64,000 nucleotides of DNA from Prevotella sp. CAG:279. GTDB lineage: Bacteria; Actinomycetota; Coriobacteriia; Coriobacteriales; Eggerthellaceae. Numbering within the stretch: the stretch's first letter is position 1; each line of letters starts with the position of its first letter. Positions 51,467-61,412 of this stretch are shown piece after piece. The position numbers and the translations under genes were made by a program. Location: assembly GCA_963633085.1 (NCBI GenBank), contig CAVGWX010000001.1, forward strand, positions 425 to 64,424, written 5' to 3'. The notes beneath the pieces are model-generated. The model was not told the origin of the DNA. It saw only the letters and a program-made list of their open reading frames with translations, and searched no databases.

Positions 51467-51636
51467 GCCAGGCCGTCCCTTCCGCTTCGGCATCCATATA
51501 CGAAATGCCATTGTAGCGGAAGGGGCCCACCCTAAGCGGACCGGGCGGCGGACGGACGGCATGCGCATCGGGGCGACTCGCGTTAAACGCGTAAGCTACG
51601 CCCCGGGTTGCGAAGGCGAAGACGAGCTTTGCCGGG

Positions 51637-52401
51637 TTATTCAGCCAGCCAGGTCACATCGTTCTTGCCGCTCAAAAACGACGGCGAATAGACGACCTTC
51701 GAAACCTGACCATCGAATTCCAGGATTCCCGTCACGCTTCCCCCCGGCGCCAAGGTGCCGGAGCTCAAGCGCGCTGATGATTCGGCCGCATCCCCGCCGT
51801 ATTGATAGGACTCGCTGCGCTGCGCGCCCTGCGGATCCTGCGCCTTCCAATCGTAAGCGTTGAAACTCACGGTATCGCTGCCCGTGTTCTCATAGGTGAC
51901 CGAGACACTCGCGAACTCCTCGCCGCTGTAATTCGCAAGCCCGCCGGTGATGGAGTTCACCGTCACCTTCAACCCGTTGCTCAGCGTCGCGGTCGCTCCC
52001 ACGGAAAGCTCGCTTGCCTTCTGCGCCGACGACCCTCCCTCGCTTGCCGCGTCCTCAGAGCCGCTCGCGCCCGATTGCGACGTGGAGGTCACCGAAGGGC
52101 CGGAAGCGGCATCGTCGAGGGCCTTCGAGTACATGCTCTGCGTGGCAAGCACGACGGCGAAGGCGACGATGCAAATGATCAAACCTGCGATCGAAAGCCC
52201 TTTGCCTCCCTTCTTGCCGCGCACGCAGGCAACGGTGCCTATCGCGGCGAAAACGAATCCGATCACGGCCAAGAAGGCCGAGAAATTGTTGATGATGGGC
52301 AGAAACGAGGTGCACAGGGCAACCAAGCCGATCACGAAACCGGCGATCCCCATTGCCGACTTGCCCTTCGGCGATGGGGGCTGAGATGAGACGTTATCCA
52401 T
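51637..52401 (-). CDS. Membrane-anchored protein: 3 TM, Ser-rich linker, DUF4352-like Ig-fold domain
   Basis: Hydrophobic N-terminus; VSVTYENTGSDTVSFN..W..LSSGTLAPGGSVTG. Confidence 0.75.
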   Translation of the reverse strand: MDNVSSQPPSPKGKSAMGIAGFVIGLVALCTSFLPIINNFSAFLAVIGFVFAAIGTVACVRGKKGGKGLSIAGLIICIVAFAVVLATQSMYSKALDDAASGPSVTSTSQSGASGSEDAASEGGSSAQKASELSVGATATLSNGLKVTVNSITGGLANYSGEEFASVSVTYENTGSDTVSFNAYDWKAQDPQGAQRSESYQYGGDAAESSARLSSGTLAPGGSVTGILEFDGQVSKVVYSPSFLSGKNDVTWLAE

Positions 52402-52576
52402 GTTCTTCCTTTCCCGTATTCTTACGTGCGCGCATGCTCGCTTTCATGGTAGGGAAAGGGTTCGGGCATTTCATTAGCTGTCAGCACAGATTCGGGCGCA
52501 GATTCGGGCGCAAAAAATGGGCCCCGATAGAAGCCCATTTCGCATGCGATTGCTTGGGAAGCTGCAAAAGCGTCCG

Positions 52577-53092
52577 TTACTCAGCAGAGCGACGCGCGGC
52601 TTGCTGCGCCGGGCGCTGCTGAACCGCCGGAGCGGAAACGCGGCGAGACTGCTGCGGGCGCTGATTGCCCGCAGGGGTGGCGCAGTACGGGCAGATTGTC
52701 CAAGCCGGATCGAGCGCATGCCCGCACGAGGGGCACAGGTTCTTCAGGCGCTGATGGCAGTTCGGGCACAGCACGTAGTCGGCCTCGACGGGATAGCCGC
52801 AGTTCGCGCATTCGCCGTACTGCATGAGCTGGCGCTGCTTGAGCGCGACTTCAAGCTCCTGCTCGTCGCGGTCGATGAGCAGCATGGAGGGACGCAGCAG
52901 GCAGTACGCGATGACGCCGAGCAGCGGGATAAGCGCCACGATGCCCCACACGTACCACAAGGTGCCACGCTGGTACGCGTCGCGGCAGACCCACACGATG
53001 GACAGGATGTACAGGATGACCAGCACCACGACGACGCCCGAAAAAGCCGCCTGAACCTGCGGCGTGATAAGCTGCGATAGCAAATCGCTCAT
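52577..53092 (-). CDS. Membrane protein with double zinc ribbon
   Basis: 2 TM segments; CANC, CPNC, CPSC, CPYC. Confidence 0.85.
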   Translation of the reverse strand: MSDLLSQLITPQVQAAFSGVVVVLVILYILSIVWVCRDAYQRGTLWYVWGIVALIPLLGVIAYCLLRPSMLLIDRDEQELEVALKQRQLMQYGECANCGYPVEADYVLCPNCHQRLKNLCPSCGHALDPAWTICPYCATPAGNQRPQQSRRVSAPAVQQRPAQQAARRSAE

Positions 53093-53358
53093 GTTGTCCC
53101 CATTCTTCTTGGCTCAAAGACGCATGCCAGGCGCCCGTTGCACTCATCGCGCCGCCCCGCGTTCGCGGTTTGGTGCACATACAGCCGCACATTATAGCAA
53201 AGAGCGCAACGCAGACGCGTTTATGCAGGCAAATTACGAAAATGAGCGGCCCGGCGGCAACCGGGGCTGACTCGCAAGCTTATCCGGCGGCAACCCGACC
53301 GCAAGCGGGCAGCCGGATTGCGCGCAACGACCGCTTGCCGCGGGCGCAGCGCGCCTTG

Positions 53359-53679
53359 CTACTTCAGGATGAGGCCGAAGACGATGGCGACGAGGGCAAC
53401 GAAGATGCCGAGCACGGCGGAGAAGATGCGCAGGCCGGTGCTCATGGGCTTGTCCTCCCCGATGTCCTTGCCGCGAACGGCGACGGCGACGAGCGTGAGG
53501 CCGAACACGGCCCACGAAACGTTGTAGACCGCGTTATAGGGAGCGACATCGCTGTCGATGACCCCGACCATGTCGAGGATCGCGCTCAGCGCAACGATGA
53601 CGAGCGAGATAATCCATACCCACCACAGCGGGTCGCGCACGGTGTTTTTAAGCCAAGTGGAATAAGGTTTGTCGGACAT
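53359..53679 (-). CDS. Small hypothetical membrane protein (3 TM)
   Basis: AAGGAG RBS; three hydrophobic segments. Confidence 0.75.
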   Translation of the reverse strand: MSDKPYSTWLKNTVRDPLWWVWIISLVIVALSAILDMVGVIDSDVAPYNAVYNVSWAVFGLTLVAVAVRGKDIGEDKPMSTGLRIFSAVLGIFVALVAIVFGLILK

Positions 53680-53790
53680 GAGAGCTCCTTCACTCTAACG
53701 GGTTCGCGAATTCGCGACATATTAGACTACCTCGGTGTTTCTGTCCATATCGTCGATCAAGTCCGTTCTGATCGAAAACCACCGCACGCG

Positions 53791-53827
53791 AAAAGGGCTC
53801 CTTCCCTGCACGGGGAAGGAGCCCTTC
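53791..53827 (-). terminator. Terminator after the permease gene
   Basis: AAGGGCTCCTTCCC/GGGAAGGAGCCCTT, with T run on the minus strand. Confidence 0.75.
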
Positions 53828-53907
53828 ATCAAGCTGAAAAACAATCGGCTCGAGCAGACGCGGCCAAGGTCGAAACCCTCGCGTCTTTCGCCGGCGAAAC
53901 CAGCTCG

Positions 53908-55362
53908 CTAATGCTTGCCTGCATCAGCGGCCGAGGCTTCCTTGAACTCGGCTCTTCGCGCTTCCAGCTCGTCGAGCATCTCGCGCGTCTTGCGGTCCTC
54001 CGATTCCTGCGCCTCGCGGTTGAGACGGTAGTCCTCGCGGATCTTGTCGTTATCGGCAAGCAGGAAGTACAGCGCCAAGCCTGCGGCCAGGCCCACGCCG
54101 CCGCCACGGGCCAGGATGAAGCCGGCGATCATGCCCGCCAAGCCCTGGTCCATCTTGTCGCGCGCCAAGTCGAAGGAGATCTGCGCGCAGACGAAGCCTT
54201 GGATGCACAGCACGACCACGAGGATGGCGCCCGAAGCCGCCAGCGACGCCTCGTAGAGCGGGAACACGAACAGGCCCACCACGGTGAAGATGAGGTTCGT
54301 GCCCGATCCGTCGTAGATGGAGTCCATGCCCTGACGCCCGGACTGCTTGTAGCGCTGGTAGGTGGCGACGCAGTACGGGGCCGAGAGCGGGCCGGCGAGC
54401 GCCGGGTAAGGCGCGAACAGAGACAGCACGAGGTTGCGGATGCCGCAGATGATGTTCGTGCGGTTGGGGTCGAACTCGATGAACTCGTCGTCGCGCAGCG
54501 CCTGCATGCCCAGCTGCTGCACGGTGACGAAGTCGCCGTAGGCGATAACCCAGGCGATCAGCGCGATCGGGAACGCGCGGATCCACACGCTCGGCTCAGC
54601 CCACCCGATGAAGAACGGGCTCACCGAGGCGAACAGCGCGGGGAAATCGGGGAAGCGAAGGATCTGTCCCGAGAAGTTGTACTGGAACTCGCCGGTGAAG
54701 CCGCCGACGATGAACAGCGCCAAAATGGCCCACAGGAAGCTGTAGTTGCCCAGGATCTGCAGGATGCGATGGCTGTCCATGTGCTTGCGGATGCGCTGGC
54801 TGAACATGAGGAAGAACACGATGCACAGACCCGCGATGCAGCCGATGGTGGCCGTGTCGACCGCGCCGCCCTCGGACAGGCGCGCGTAGACCGCGTTCAC
54901 GCCGGCGCCGAGCACGATGCCGGCCTTCACGCCCGGCGGCAGAAGCGTGTTGAGCTTCTTCGATAAGCCTGTCGCTCCCAATATGAGGAAGAGCAAGGCC
55001 AACTCAAGCTGCACGGCTGTGAGCGCCTGCAATCGCACGACCCCTGGGTCGAAGCCTTCCAGAAAGACGATGACGATGGCCATGGCCGGCGTGATCCAGC
55101 CGCAGATGGACGGCTCGCCGAGCAGCCAGTTGCAGGTGTACATCATAGTCTCGAACACCACGAGCGCCCAGGCGACCTCCGGGTCGAGCCCGAGCGTCGA
55201 GATGAGCACCGCGAGCGCGCCGTAGGACGTGCACGCGTTCATGAGACCGGTGACGACCTCGGGCGGCGAGATCTTGAAATGAACGAACGGAAGGCGGATT
55301 CGCAGGATTCCGCAGGGAATGTACGGCTGAATGCCGCCGTACGACCTTTTCATGAAAGCCAT
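53908..55362 (-). CDS. Polytopic membrane transporter, NCS2/xanthine-uracil permease-like
   Basis: At least 11 hydrophobic segments; GWITPA, IAYGDF, RNL motifs; GAGG RBS before 55362. Confidence 0.65.
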   Translation of the reverse strand: MAFMKRSYGGIQPYIPCGILRIRLPFVHFKISPPEVVTGLMNACTSYGALAVLISTLGLDPEVAWALVVFETMMYTCNWLLGEPSICGWITPAMAIVIVFLEGFDPGVVRLQALTAVQLELALLFLILGATGLSKKLNTLLPPGVKAGIVLGAGVNAVYARLSEGGAVDTATIGCIAGLCIVFFLMFSQRIRKHMDSHRILQILGNYSFLWAILALFIVGGFTGEFQYNFSGQILRFPDFPALFASVSPFFIGWAEPSVWIRAFPIALIAWVIAYGDFVTVQQLGMQALRDDEFIEFDPNRTNIICGIRNLVLSLFAPYPALAGPLSAPYCVATYQRYKQSGRQGMDSIYDGSGTNLIFTVVGLFVFPLYEASLAASGAILVVVLCIQGFVCAQISFDLARDKMDQGLAGMIAGFILARGGGVGLAAGLALYFLLADNDKIREDYRLNREAQESEDRKTREMLDELEARRAEFKEASAADAGKH

Positions 55363-55692
55363 GGGCAACCTCTTCACCTTGTCGAGCTATTGCTAGAGCC
55401 CCTCCACAGGCCCTCGACATCTTGGGAGCAACCGAACAACCCCTTGCCCGGCCTTGTGCGCTCCACAAGTTGCACATACTGTTAGAGTTTAGCAGTACTG
55501 TTCGCCATGACAATGCACCAGAAGCGCTCTATTTTATTCGCGAATACAAACAGAAACGAATGAACGCCGAAACGCATGGCGAAACGGTTGCGCGCTCCTG
55601 CGAATTTGGATAGCCCTTCCCTTTCGCGAAAAGGCGAAGGCCAGCGCAGGTCATAAGCCTTGAACCAGGCGCACGCGGACGAGCTGCATAAG

Positions 55693-55717
55693 AAAAGCCG
55701 CCCCTGTGGACGGCTTT
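55693..55717 (-). terminator. Terminator after tRNA-Asp
   Basis: AAAGCCG/CGGCTTT hairpin. Confidence 0.65.
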
Positions 55718-55727
55718 CTAATTTCGA

Positions 55728-55804
<77 letters not shown>

Positions 55805-55940
55805 GTTCAGCTGCGAGTGGATACATTACAGGAATCTCCCCCTACGCGCAAGCCCTAATTTGAAAAAAGTTTTGACGAAGGTGAAATCGGCGGCAGGGGT
55901 TGACCCAGGACGGGTGAGGCAACGTACCAGATTAAGCGTG

Positions 55941-56172
55941 TGACGCGCCCTTGCGGGCGCTGGCCTAATGATGCGCGAGCTTTCGCTCGCGCCCACGAAT
56001 TTTGGGTCTGCGACCCTAAGACTTGCAGCAAGAATTCGTGGGGTCGAGCTATTAGCTCGACCCGCACAAAAGAGCACCGAAGGTGCGACACATAATTCAA
56101 AAAGGCGGGATGAGTCGACATCGCAACCTGTTTCACGCGCATCATAAAATCAGCACCCGAAGGGCGCGTCAC
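55941..56172. repeat. REP-like doublet in inverted orientation plus a partial arm
   Basis: TGACGCGCC..GCGCGAGCTTTCGCTCGCGC-CCACGAA..TTCGTGG-GGTCGAGCTATTAGCTCGACC; partial arm near 56137-56172. Confidence 0.8.
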
Positions 56173-56202
56173 CCATCTGCCGGCCGAGTGGCCGGCATGC
56201 GC

Positions 56203-57012
56203 CTATGCGCTGCGCTGATCGATGCGGGTGATGGACAGCACGCGCAACGGTTCATCTGCCGCTTGTTCGGCGACGAATTCCTCGGAATTCGCAACGCGCA
56301 TCAACGGCTCCATTGGCTCCCCGGACGGCTGATTCCGCACCTCTTCGGAAGGCACCTCGCTCGATCCCTCTTCCGACAGCTTAGCAGAGCTCAGAGGCCC
56401 TTCCTGCGCCTCCTCGCCCCCGTTTCCGGGATCCGCGGGCCCCAGAAGCGCCAGGCACGCCGAGAGCAGCTTGTCGGGCCGCAGGCTGCCGGTGGGCTTC
56501 TGCTCGAGCGAGAGCACAAGCTCGCAGCCCGCAAGGCGCGGCTCGCCCACCAAAAACTCGGCCACGTCCAAAACCTTCTCCTTCTTCTTGCGCACGACGT
56601 GCACCTGCGCGGGGATGGGCAGGCTTTGCAAGGCCCGGGAGAAGACCACCTGGTACGTTGAAATAGGGAACGCCGCCGAGGCCGCAGGCGCCTTCGGCTC
56701 GATATAGGCGCATCCGGTGACCATAAGATCGGCCACGCTAGCCTTTTGCAAGGCCGAAAGCGCCTCTTCGGGCGCAACATAGCTCACCAGCTGCAAATCC
56801 GCGAGCTCGCCCGTGCCGCCCACGCCGACCGGCAGGGCCGCGCCGAACGCGAGCTTCATATGCGGACTGAAACCGTTTGACACCGCAAAGGGAAGCGCGG
56901 AGCGGCGCACCGCGCGCTCAAGCGCCCGGGCCACCTCCAAATGCGACAGCAGCGCCAAGCGCCCCTGCTTGACGAAGGTGATGCGCAGCCTGAACTGATT
57001 GGGATCGCTCAT
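56203..57012 (-). CDS. Radical SAM-linked protein (TIGR03936/DUF2344-like)
   Basis: LSHLEVARALERAVRRSALPFAVSNGFSPHMKLAFGAALPVG. Confidence 0.88.
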   Translation of the reverse strand: MSDPNQFRLRITFVKQGRLALLSHLEVARALERAVRRSALPFAVSNGFSPHMKLAFGAALPVGVGGTGELADLQLVSYVAPEEALSALQKASVADLMVTGCAYIEPKAPAASAAFPISTYQVVFSRALQSLPIPAQVHVVRKKKEKVLDVAEFLVGEPRLAGCELVLSLEQKPTGSLRPDKLLSACLALLGPADPGNGGEEAQEGPLSSAKLSEEGSSEVPSEEVRNQPSGEPMEPLMRVANSEEFVAEQAADEPLRVLSITRIDQRSA

Positions 57013-59012
57013 CGGTCAACCTCCGTTTCGCCTGCACGTTCAAGCTCCTGAGCGACACTCGGCGCGCGCCCGTCTTGAGCCACGGCGCCATCGGCACCCG
57101 CGCCCTCGCACACATCCTCCGCCGGCGCATGCGCGTTCGACCCGGCGGCGATGCGCGGGCTGGCCAGCTCGTTGTCGACGCCAAGGCCCGGGCATGCCCC
57201 GCAGCCGGCGCAGCGCTCGTACGTGCAGTCCGGCGTGGTCTTGCCGGCATCGGCTCGGCGGCGCTCCAGAGCCAAGAAGCGGGTGGACACGCCGGTCGAG
57301 ATATGCGCCCAGGGCATCACGCGGTCGGTCGGGTAGCTGCTCTGCGCGACCTTGGCGGGGTCGATCCCCACCTCCACGGCGGCGTCGCGCCAGGCCTGCT
57401 CGTTGAAGTGCTCCGTCCACGCGTCGAAGCGCGCGCCGCGCCTCCAGGCGGCCTCCACCCACGCGGCCGCCTCGCGGCCCGCGCGGCTCATCACCGCCTC
57501 CACGAAGCTGGTGGAAGGGTCGTGCCAGTGCACGTCGATGGCGCGGTACCTCACGCTGCGGCGAAGCACGCCCACGCGCCGAAGCGCCTCTTCAGGAGCG
57601 ATCTGCCCGTCCCACTGAAACGGCGTCTGCGCCTTCGGCACGAACAGCGCGCAGGAAACCGACATGCGGATCGACCCGCGCTGCTCGGGCGGGGTGGCCT
57701 TCTTCGCCCGGTCGTAGGCGCGCTGCACCAAGCTCGCGATGCCCTTGATGTCATCGTCGGTTTCGGTGGGAAGGCCGATCATGAAGTACAGCTTGCAGCG
57801 GCGCCAACCGGCGGCGAAGGCGGCGTCCACGGCGCCGAACAGGTCGTCTTCGGTCACCTGCTTGTTGATGACGTCGCGCAAACGCTGCGTGCCGGCCTCG
57901 GGCGCGAAGGTAAGGCCGCCTTTCTTGCGCCCGGCCACCAGCTCGGCCATGTCCACGCCGAAGCTGTCCAGGCGCTGCGAGGGCACCGAGATACGCACGC
58001 CCGCGTCGGCGTACTTATCGTTTAAGCGCGTGAGGATGTCGGCGATCTGCGAATGGTCCGTCGTGGAAAGCGAGGTCAGGCTCACCTCGTCGTAGCCCGT
58101 CTTCGCAAGCCCCTCCACCACCGAGGCCACCACGTTGTCGGCCGATCTCTCGCGGATGGGGCGGTACATCATGCCCGCCTGGCAGAAGCGGCACCCGCGC
58201 GCGCAGCCGCGCAGCACCTCGACGTTGAGGCGGTCCTGCACCACTTCGGTGAACGGCACGATGCACGGCTCCCAGCCCGGGCTTTGCGCGAACCCCTCGA
58301 AGACGCGCTTGTCGATGCGCTCAGGCAGGCCCTCCTCCAACGGCTCGATCCAGCTTCCCGCCTCCTGGGCCTGCTCCTCGTCGCGCCAGCGATACAGGCT
58401 CGGCACGTAACAGCCATCCAGGTTCGCTAAGGCGCGCAGGATGTCGTGGCGGCGCTCGCCGGCTTCGCGCATGGACGCGATGAGCGAGAGCGCCTCGGGC
58501 AGCGACTCCTCCCCTTCCCCGATGCTGAAGAAGTCGAAGAACGGCGCGTAAGGCTCGGGGTTGAACGCGCACGGCCCGCCCGCCATGACGAACAGGTCGT
58601 CCTCGCCGCGGTCCGCCGCGTGCAACGGGATGCCGGCCAAGTCGAGCGCCTCGAGCACGTTGGTGGCCGCCAGCTCGTGCGGCAGCGTGATGCCGAGCGC
58701 GTCGAACTCGGCAAGGGGCGCGCAGCTTTCGATGCTGAACAGCGGGATGTTCTCACGACGCATGACGTCGCCGAATTCCGCGGCAGGCAAAAACGCGCGC
58801 TCGGCCGCCATGCCCTCGCGCGCGTTCACGACGTTCACCAGGATGCGAAGCGCCTGGTTCGCCTGCCCCAGCTCGTAGGTGTCGGGGTAGAGCATGCAGA
58901 AGCGGAAGGTCGCCTCGGGCTTGTAGACGCACCCGAACTCGTGGTTCAGATAGCGAGCCGGCCGCTCGGCTTGCGCGAGCAGCGGTTCGAGCCTAGGCCA
59001 TAGGTCAGTCAC
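57009..59012 (-). CDS. TIGR03960-type radical SAM protein
   Basis: PDTYELG, RGCARGCRFCQAG (Cx3Cx2C), APEAGTQRLR, YFMIGLPTE, C-terminal Cys cluster. Confidence 0.92.
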   Translation of the reverse strand: MTDLWPRLEPLLAQAERPARYLNHEFGCVYKPEATFRFCMLYPDTYELGQANQALRILVNVVNAREGMAAERAFLPAAEFGDVMRRENIPLFSIESCAPLAEFDALGITLPHELAATNVLEALDLAGIPLHAADRGEDDLFVMAGGPCAFNPEPYAPFFDFFSIGEGEESLPEALSLIASMREAGERRHDILRALANLDGCYVPSLYRWRDEEQAQEAGSWIEPLEEGLPERIDKRVFEGFAQSPGWEPCIVPFTEVVQDRLNVEVLRGCARGCRFCQAGMMYRPIRERSADNVVASVVEGLAKTGYDEVSLTSLSTTDHSQIADILTRLNDKYADAGVRISVPSQRLDSFGVDMAELVAGRKKGGLTFAPEAGTQRLRDVINKQVTEDDLFGAVDAAFAAGWRRCKLYFMIGLPTETDDDIKGIASLVQRAYDRAKKATPPEQRGSIRMSVSCALFVPKAQTPFQWDGQIAPEEALRRVGVLRRSVRYRAIDVHWHDPSTSFVEAVMSRAGREAAAWVEAAWRRGARFDAWTEHFNEQAWRDAAVEVGIDPAKVAQSSYPTDRVMPWAHISTGVSTRFLALERRRADAGKTTPDCTYERCAGCGACPGLGVDNELASPRIAAGSNAHAPAEDVCEGAGADGAVAQDGRAPSVAQELERAGETEVDR

Positions 59013-59036
59013 GATGTACCCCCTGAAATCGTTGGT

Positions 59037-60167
59037 TTAGCCGCGATCCCGCCCGATGGCGGAACCGGCGCGGCAGGCAAGCCGCTGCGCGTTCGCGCGC
59101 AGAGACGACACGGCCGAGGCCCCGGAGCGCCTCGCCTGGTCGGCCGCCGCCTTCGCCGCCGCCGCGAACGCGCCGTCGCGAGCGGTCGCGGCGGCCTCGA
59201 CGACCTTCGCCACGCTCGGAAGGCCCTCGTAGTACTCGATGGCCGCATGGCCCATCGCAAGCGTCGCCGAATATCCGACGGCGACCTTCACGCCCAAACC
59301 GACGATGGGGACGGCGCCGGCCGCCTTGCGCGCAACGCCGCGGCACGCGAAGGCCCCCGCGACGAGCGCCGCGAGCTCCTTGACGCGCTCCATGTCGAGC
59401 GCCTTGCCGTAGGCGGCGGCGACCTGCAACAGCATCTTCGCCTGGTTGAGCGTCATCACGGGCATGTCGGCCCCCGGGATGAACACGAGCAGGCCCACGC
59501 CGGCGTTCTGCATCGCGGTGGCCCGCACCACCTCCGTCGCCAAGGGCCGGCGCACGAACGGGAACGCCCACGCGAAGGCCAGCCGCTTCGCGCGGCATGC
59601 CTCGGCGACCCAAGCCCCCATGGCCTCGTCGAGGCTTCGGGCGGCCTCCTCGATAAGCTCGATTGGCTCGTAGGCGCCCGTGTCCCCGCCCACCGGCGGC
59701 TTGGGCTTGCCCCACGAGGCACCGAGCGCAGGCGCGCCGGCAACGGGAGCGCTCACGTGATCGTAGACGAGCTTCGTCAGGGCGGGCGCGACCACGTCGC
59801 CCTGAGGGATGGGATGCCCCGCTGCGGCGGCGATCTCGTCGACGAGCTGCGGCAGCGTGGTCACCACCATGACGGGCACGCCAAAGGAGCGCAGCTTCGC
59901 GGCGGCGGCCCCGACGCGATCGGAAAGGCCCGCGACGATGCAGGCCATGTCGTCGCCCTCGTAGGGCACGACCTCGCGCCCGTCCAGGTAGATAAGCGAC
60001 ACCCGCGCCGTCTCGGAGGCGCTCGCGAACGCCTGGCGCACGTGCACCTGCACGTCGGCCGGGGCGCTCTCGTCAAGGTAAACGGAAACGGACAACGGCT
60101 CCTGGCGCGCCGCTTCGACGTCGACGGCCTCTTCGAGAACCGCCTTTATGTCTACGGGAAGCTGCAT
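59037..60167 (-). CDS. Hypothetical protein with DUF697-like C-terminal region
   Basis: IPGADMPVMTLNQAKMLLQVAAAYG; AGGAG RBS; lies within the operon. Confidence 0.7.
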   Translation of the reverse strand: MQLPVDIKAVLEEAVDVEAARQEPLSVSVYLDESAPADVQVHVRQAFASASETARVSLIYLDGREVVPYEGDDMACIVAGLSDRVGAAAAKLRSFGVPVMVVTTLPQLVDEIAAAAGHPIPQGDVVAPALTKLVYDHVSAPVAGAPALGASWGKPKPPVGGDTGAYEPIELIEEAARSLDEAMGAWVAEACRAKRLAFAWAFPFVRRPLATEVVRATAMQNAGVGLLVFIPGADMPVMTLNQAKMLLQVAAAYGKALDMERVKELAALVAGAFACRGVARKAAGAVPIVGLGVKVAVGYSATLAMGHAAIEYYEGLPSVAKVVEAAATARDGAFAAAAKAAADQARRSGASAVSSLRANAQRLACRAGSAIGRDRG

Positions 60168-60194
60168 CTGGGTGGCTCCTTCCTGCCGTGCGCC

Positions 60195-61397
60195 TCAGCG
60201 CTTCTTGGTCAGCGACGCGTTATGGGACCAAACCGATCCGATCATGCCGAGCATGACGAAGTTGACGACCATGAACGACGAACCGTAGCTCATGAACGGC
60301 AGCGGGATGCCGGTGATGGGCATCAGCCCGCAGTCCATGCCGATGTTCTCCAGGATCTGGAAGAGCCACATGCCGACGACGCACATGACGATGACCAGCC
60401 CGAACAGGTCGCCGGAGGTTCTTGCTATCCGCAAGCTTATCAAAACGAGGGCGCCGTACAGCGCCAGCAGCACGAGCGCTCCCAAAAAACCCAGCTCCTC
60501 GGCAAGCACGCAGAAGATGAAGTCGGTGGGCGCCTCGGGCAAAAGGCCGAGGGAATGCTGGGTGCCCTGGAACAGGCCCTTGCCGAACAGCCCGCCCGAA
60601 CCGATGGCCACCTTGGCCTGCTGGAGGTTGTAGCCCTCGTCGGTCGTGGCCGACCCCGATTGGTCCAAAAACACGAGCAGGCGGTTGCGCTGGTACTGCT
60701 TGAGCAGCTTGTATTCGCCGGTGGATGCCTTGAGCAGCTCGTCGATGACGAACACCGCCGCCACCGCGGCGACGAACGCGGCCAGGGTGATGAGCAGATA
60801 CTTCGCCCGTGCTCCGCCCATGACCAGCGCAAACGCGGCGATGCACAGGTACACCAGGCCCGTACCGAGGTCGGGCTGCGTCATGATGCACGCGAAGGGC
60901 ACCAGCATGATGCCGAGCGCCTTGAGATATTCGCGCACATCGTCCAAGCGCCCGCCGTAGCGCGCCATGACCGAGGCGTCCATCAGGATGACGGTTATCT
61001 TGGCGAACTCGCCGGGCTGGATCTGCATGCCGAGCTTGATCCAGCTCTTCGCGCCCATGCCCGCGTCGGTTCCCAGGCCCGGGATATGCGGCGACATGAT
61101 GAGCACCACGTTGATGATGAGGAACAGCGTGGTGTATTCGGACAGGCGCCGATAATCGAAGCGCCACATGATGATCATGCAGATGACGCCGACGGCCACG
61201 CCGCCGATCTGGCGGGAGTACTGGTAGTCGGCATCCACGCTGACGGCGGAATAGACGACCACGAGCCCGTAGGTGACGAGCAGCACGATGACCAGGATGA
61301 ACGGCAGGTGCAGGAAAGGGAACCTCGAGGTGCGGGTGGCCTGCGCCACCGACGCGTCGGGGTGCCGAAGCGAATGTATCTGCGGCAGTTGCGGCAT
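60195..61397 (-). CDS. rodA: SEDS peptidoglycan glycosyltransferase RodA
   Basis: QPGEFAK, QPDLGT, AIGSGG, TDFIF..EELGF, PITGIPLPFMSYG; follows mrdA. Confidence 0.93.
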   Translation of the reverse strand: MPQLPQIHSLRHPDASVAQATRTSRFPFLHLPFILVIVLLVTYGLVVVYSAVSVDADYQYSRQIGGVAVGVICMIIMWRFDYRRLSEYTTLFLIINVVLIMSPHIPGLGTDAGMGAKSWIKLGMQIQPGEFAKITVILMDASVMARYGGRLDDVREYLKALGIMLVPFACIMTQPDLGTGLVYLCIAAFALVMGGARAKYLLITLAAFVAAVAAVFVIDELLKASTGEYKLLKQYQRNRLLVFLDQSGSATTDEGYNLQQAKVAIGSGGLFGKGLFQGTQHSLGLLPEAPTDFIFCVLAEELGFLGALVLLALYGALVLISLRIARTSGDLFGLVIVMCVVGMWLFQILENIGMDCGLMPITGIPLPFMSYGSSFMVVNFVMLGMIGSVWSHNASLTKKR

Positions 61398-61412
61398 GGA
61401 CTTCTCCCCTCC

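Noticed and set aside
52487..52510. 12-nt tandem duplication CAGATTCGGGCG x2
   Set aside because: An isolated slippage-type duplication beside a terminator-like hairpin, with no sign of function.
53240..53350. Possible ncRNA with several GCAA loops and a repeated CCGGCGGCAACC
   Set aside because: Stems are short and GC-rich, with no promoter/terminator frame or family signature.
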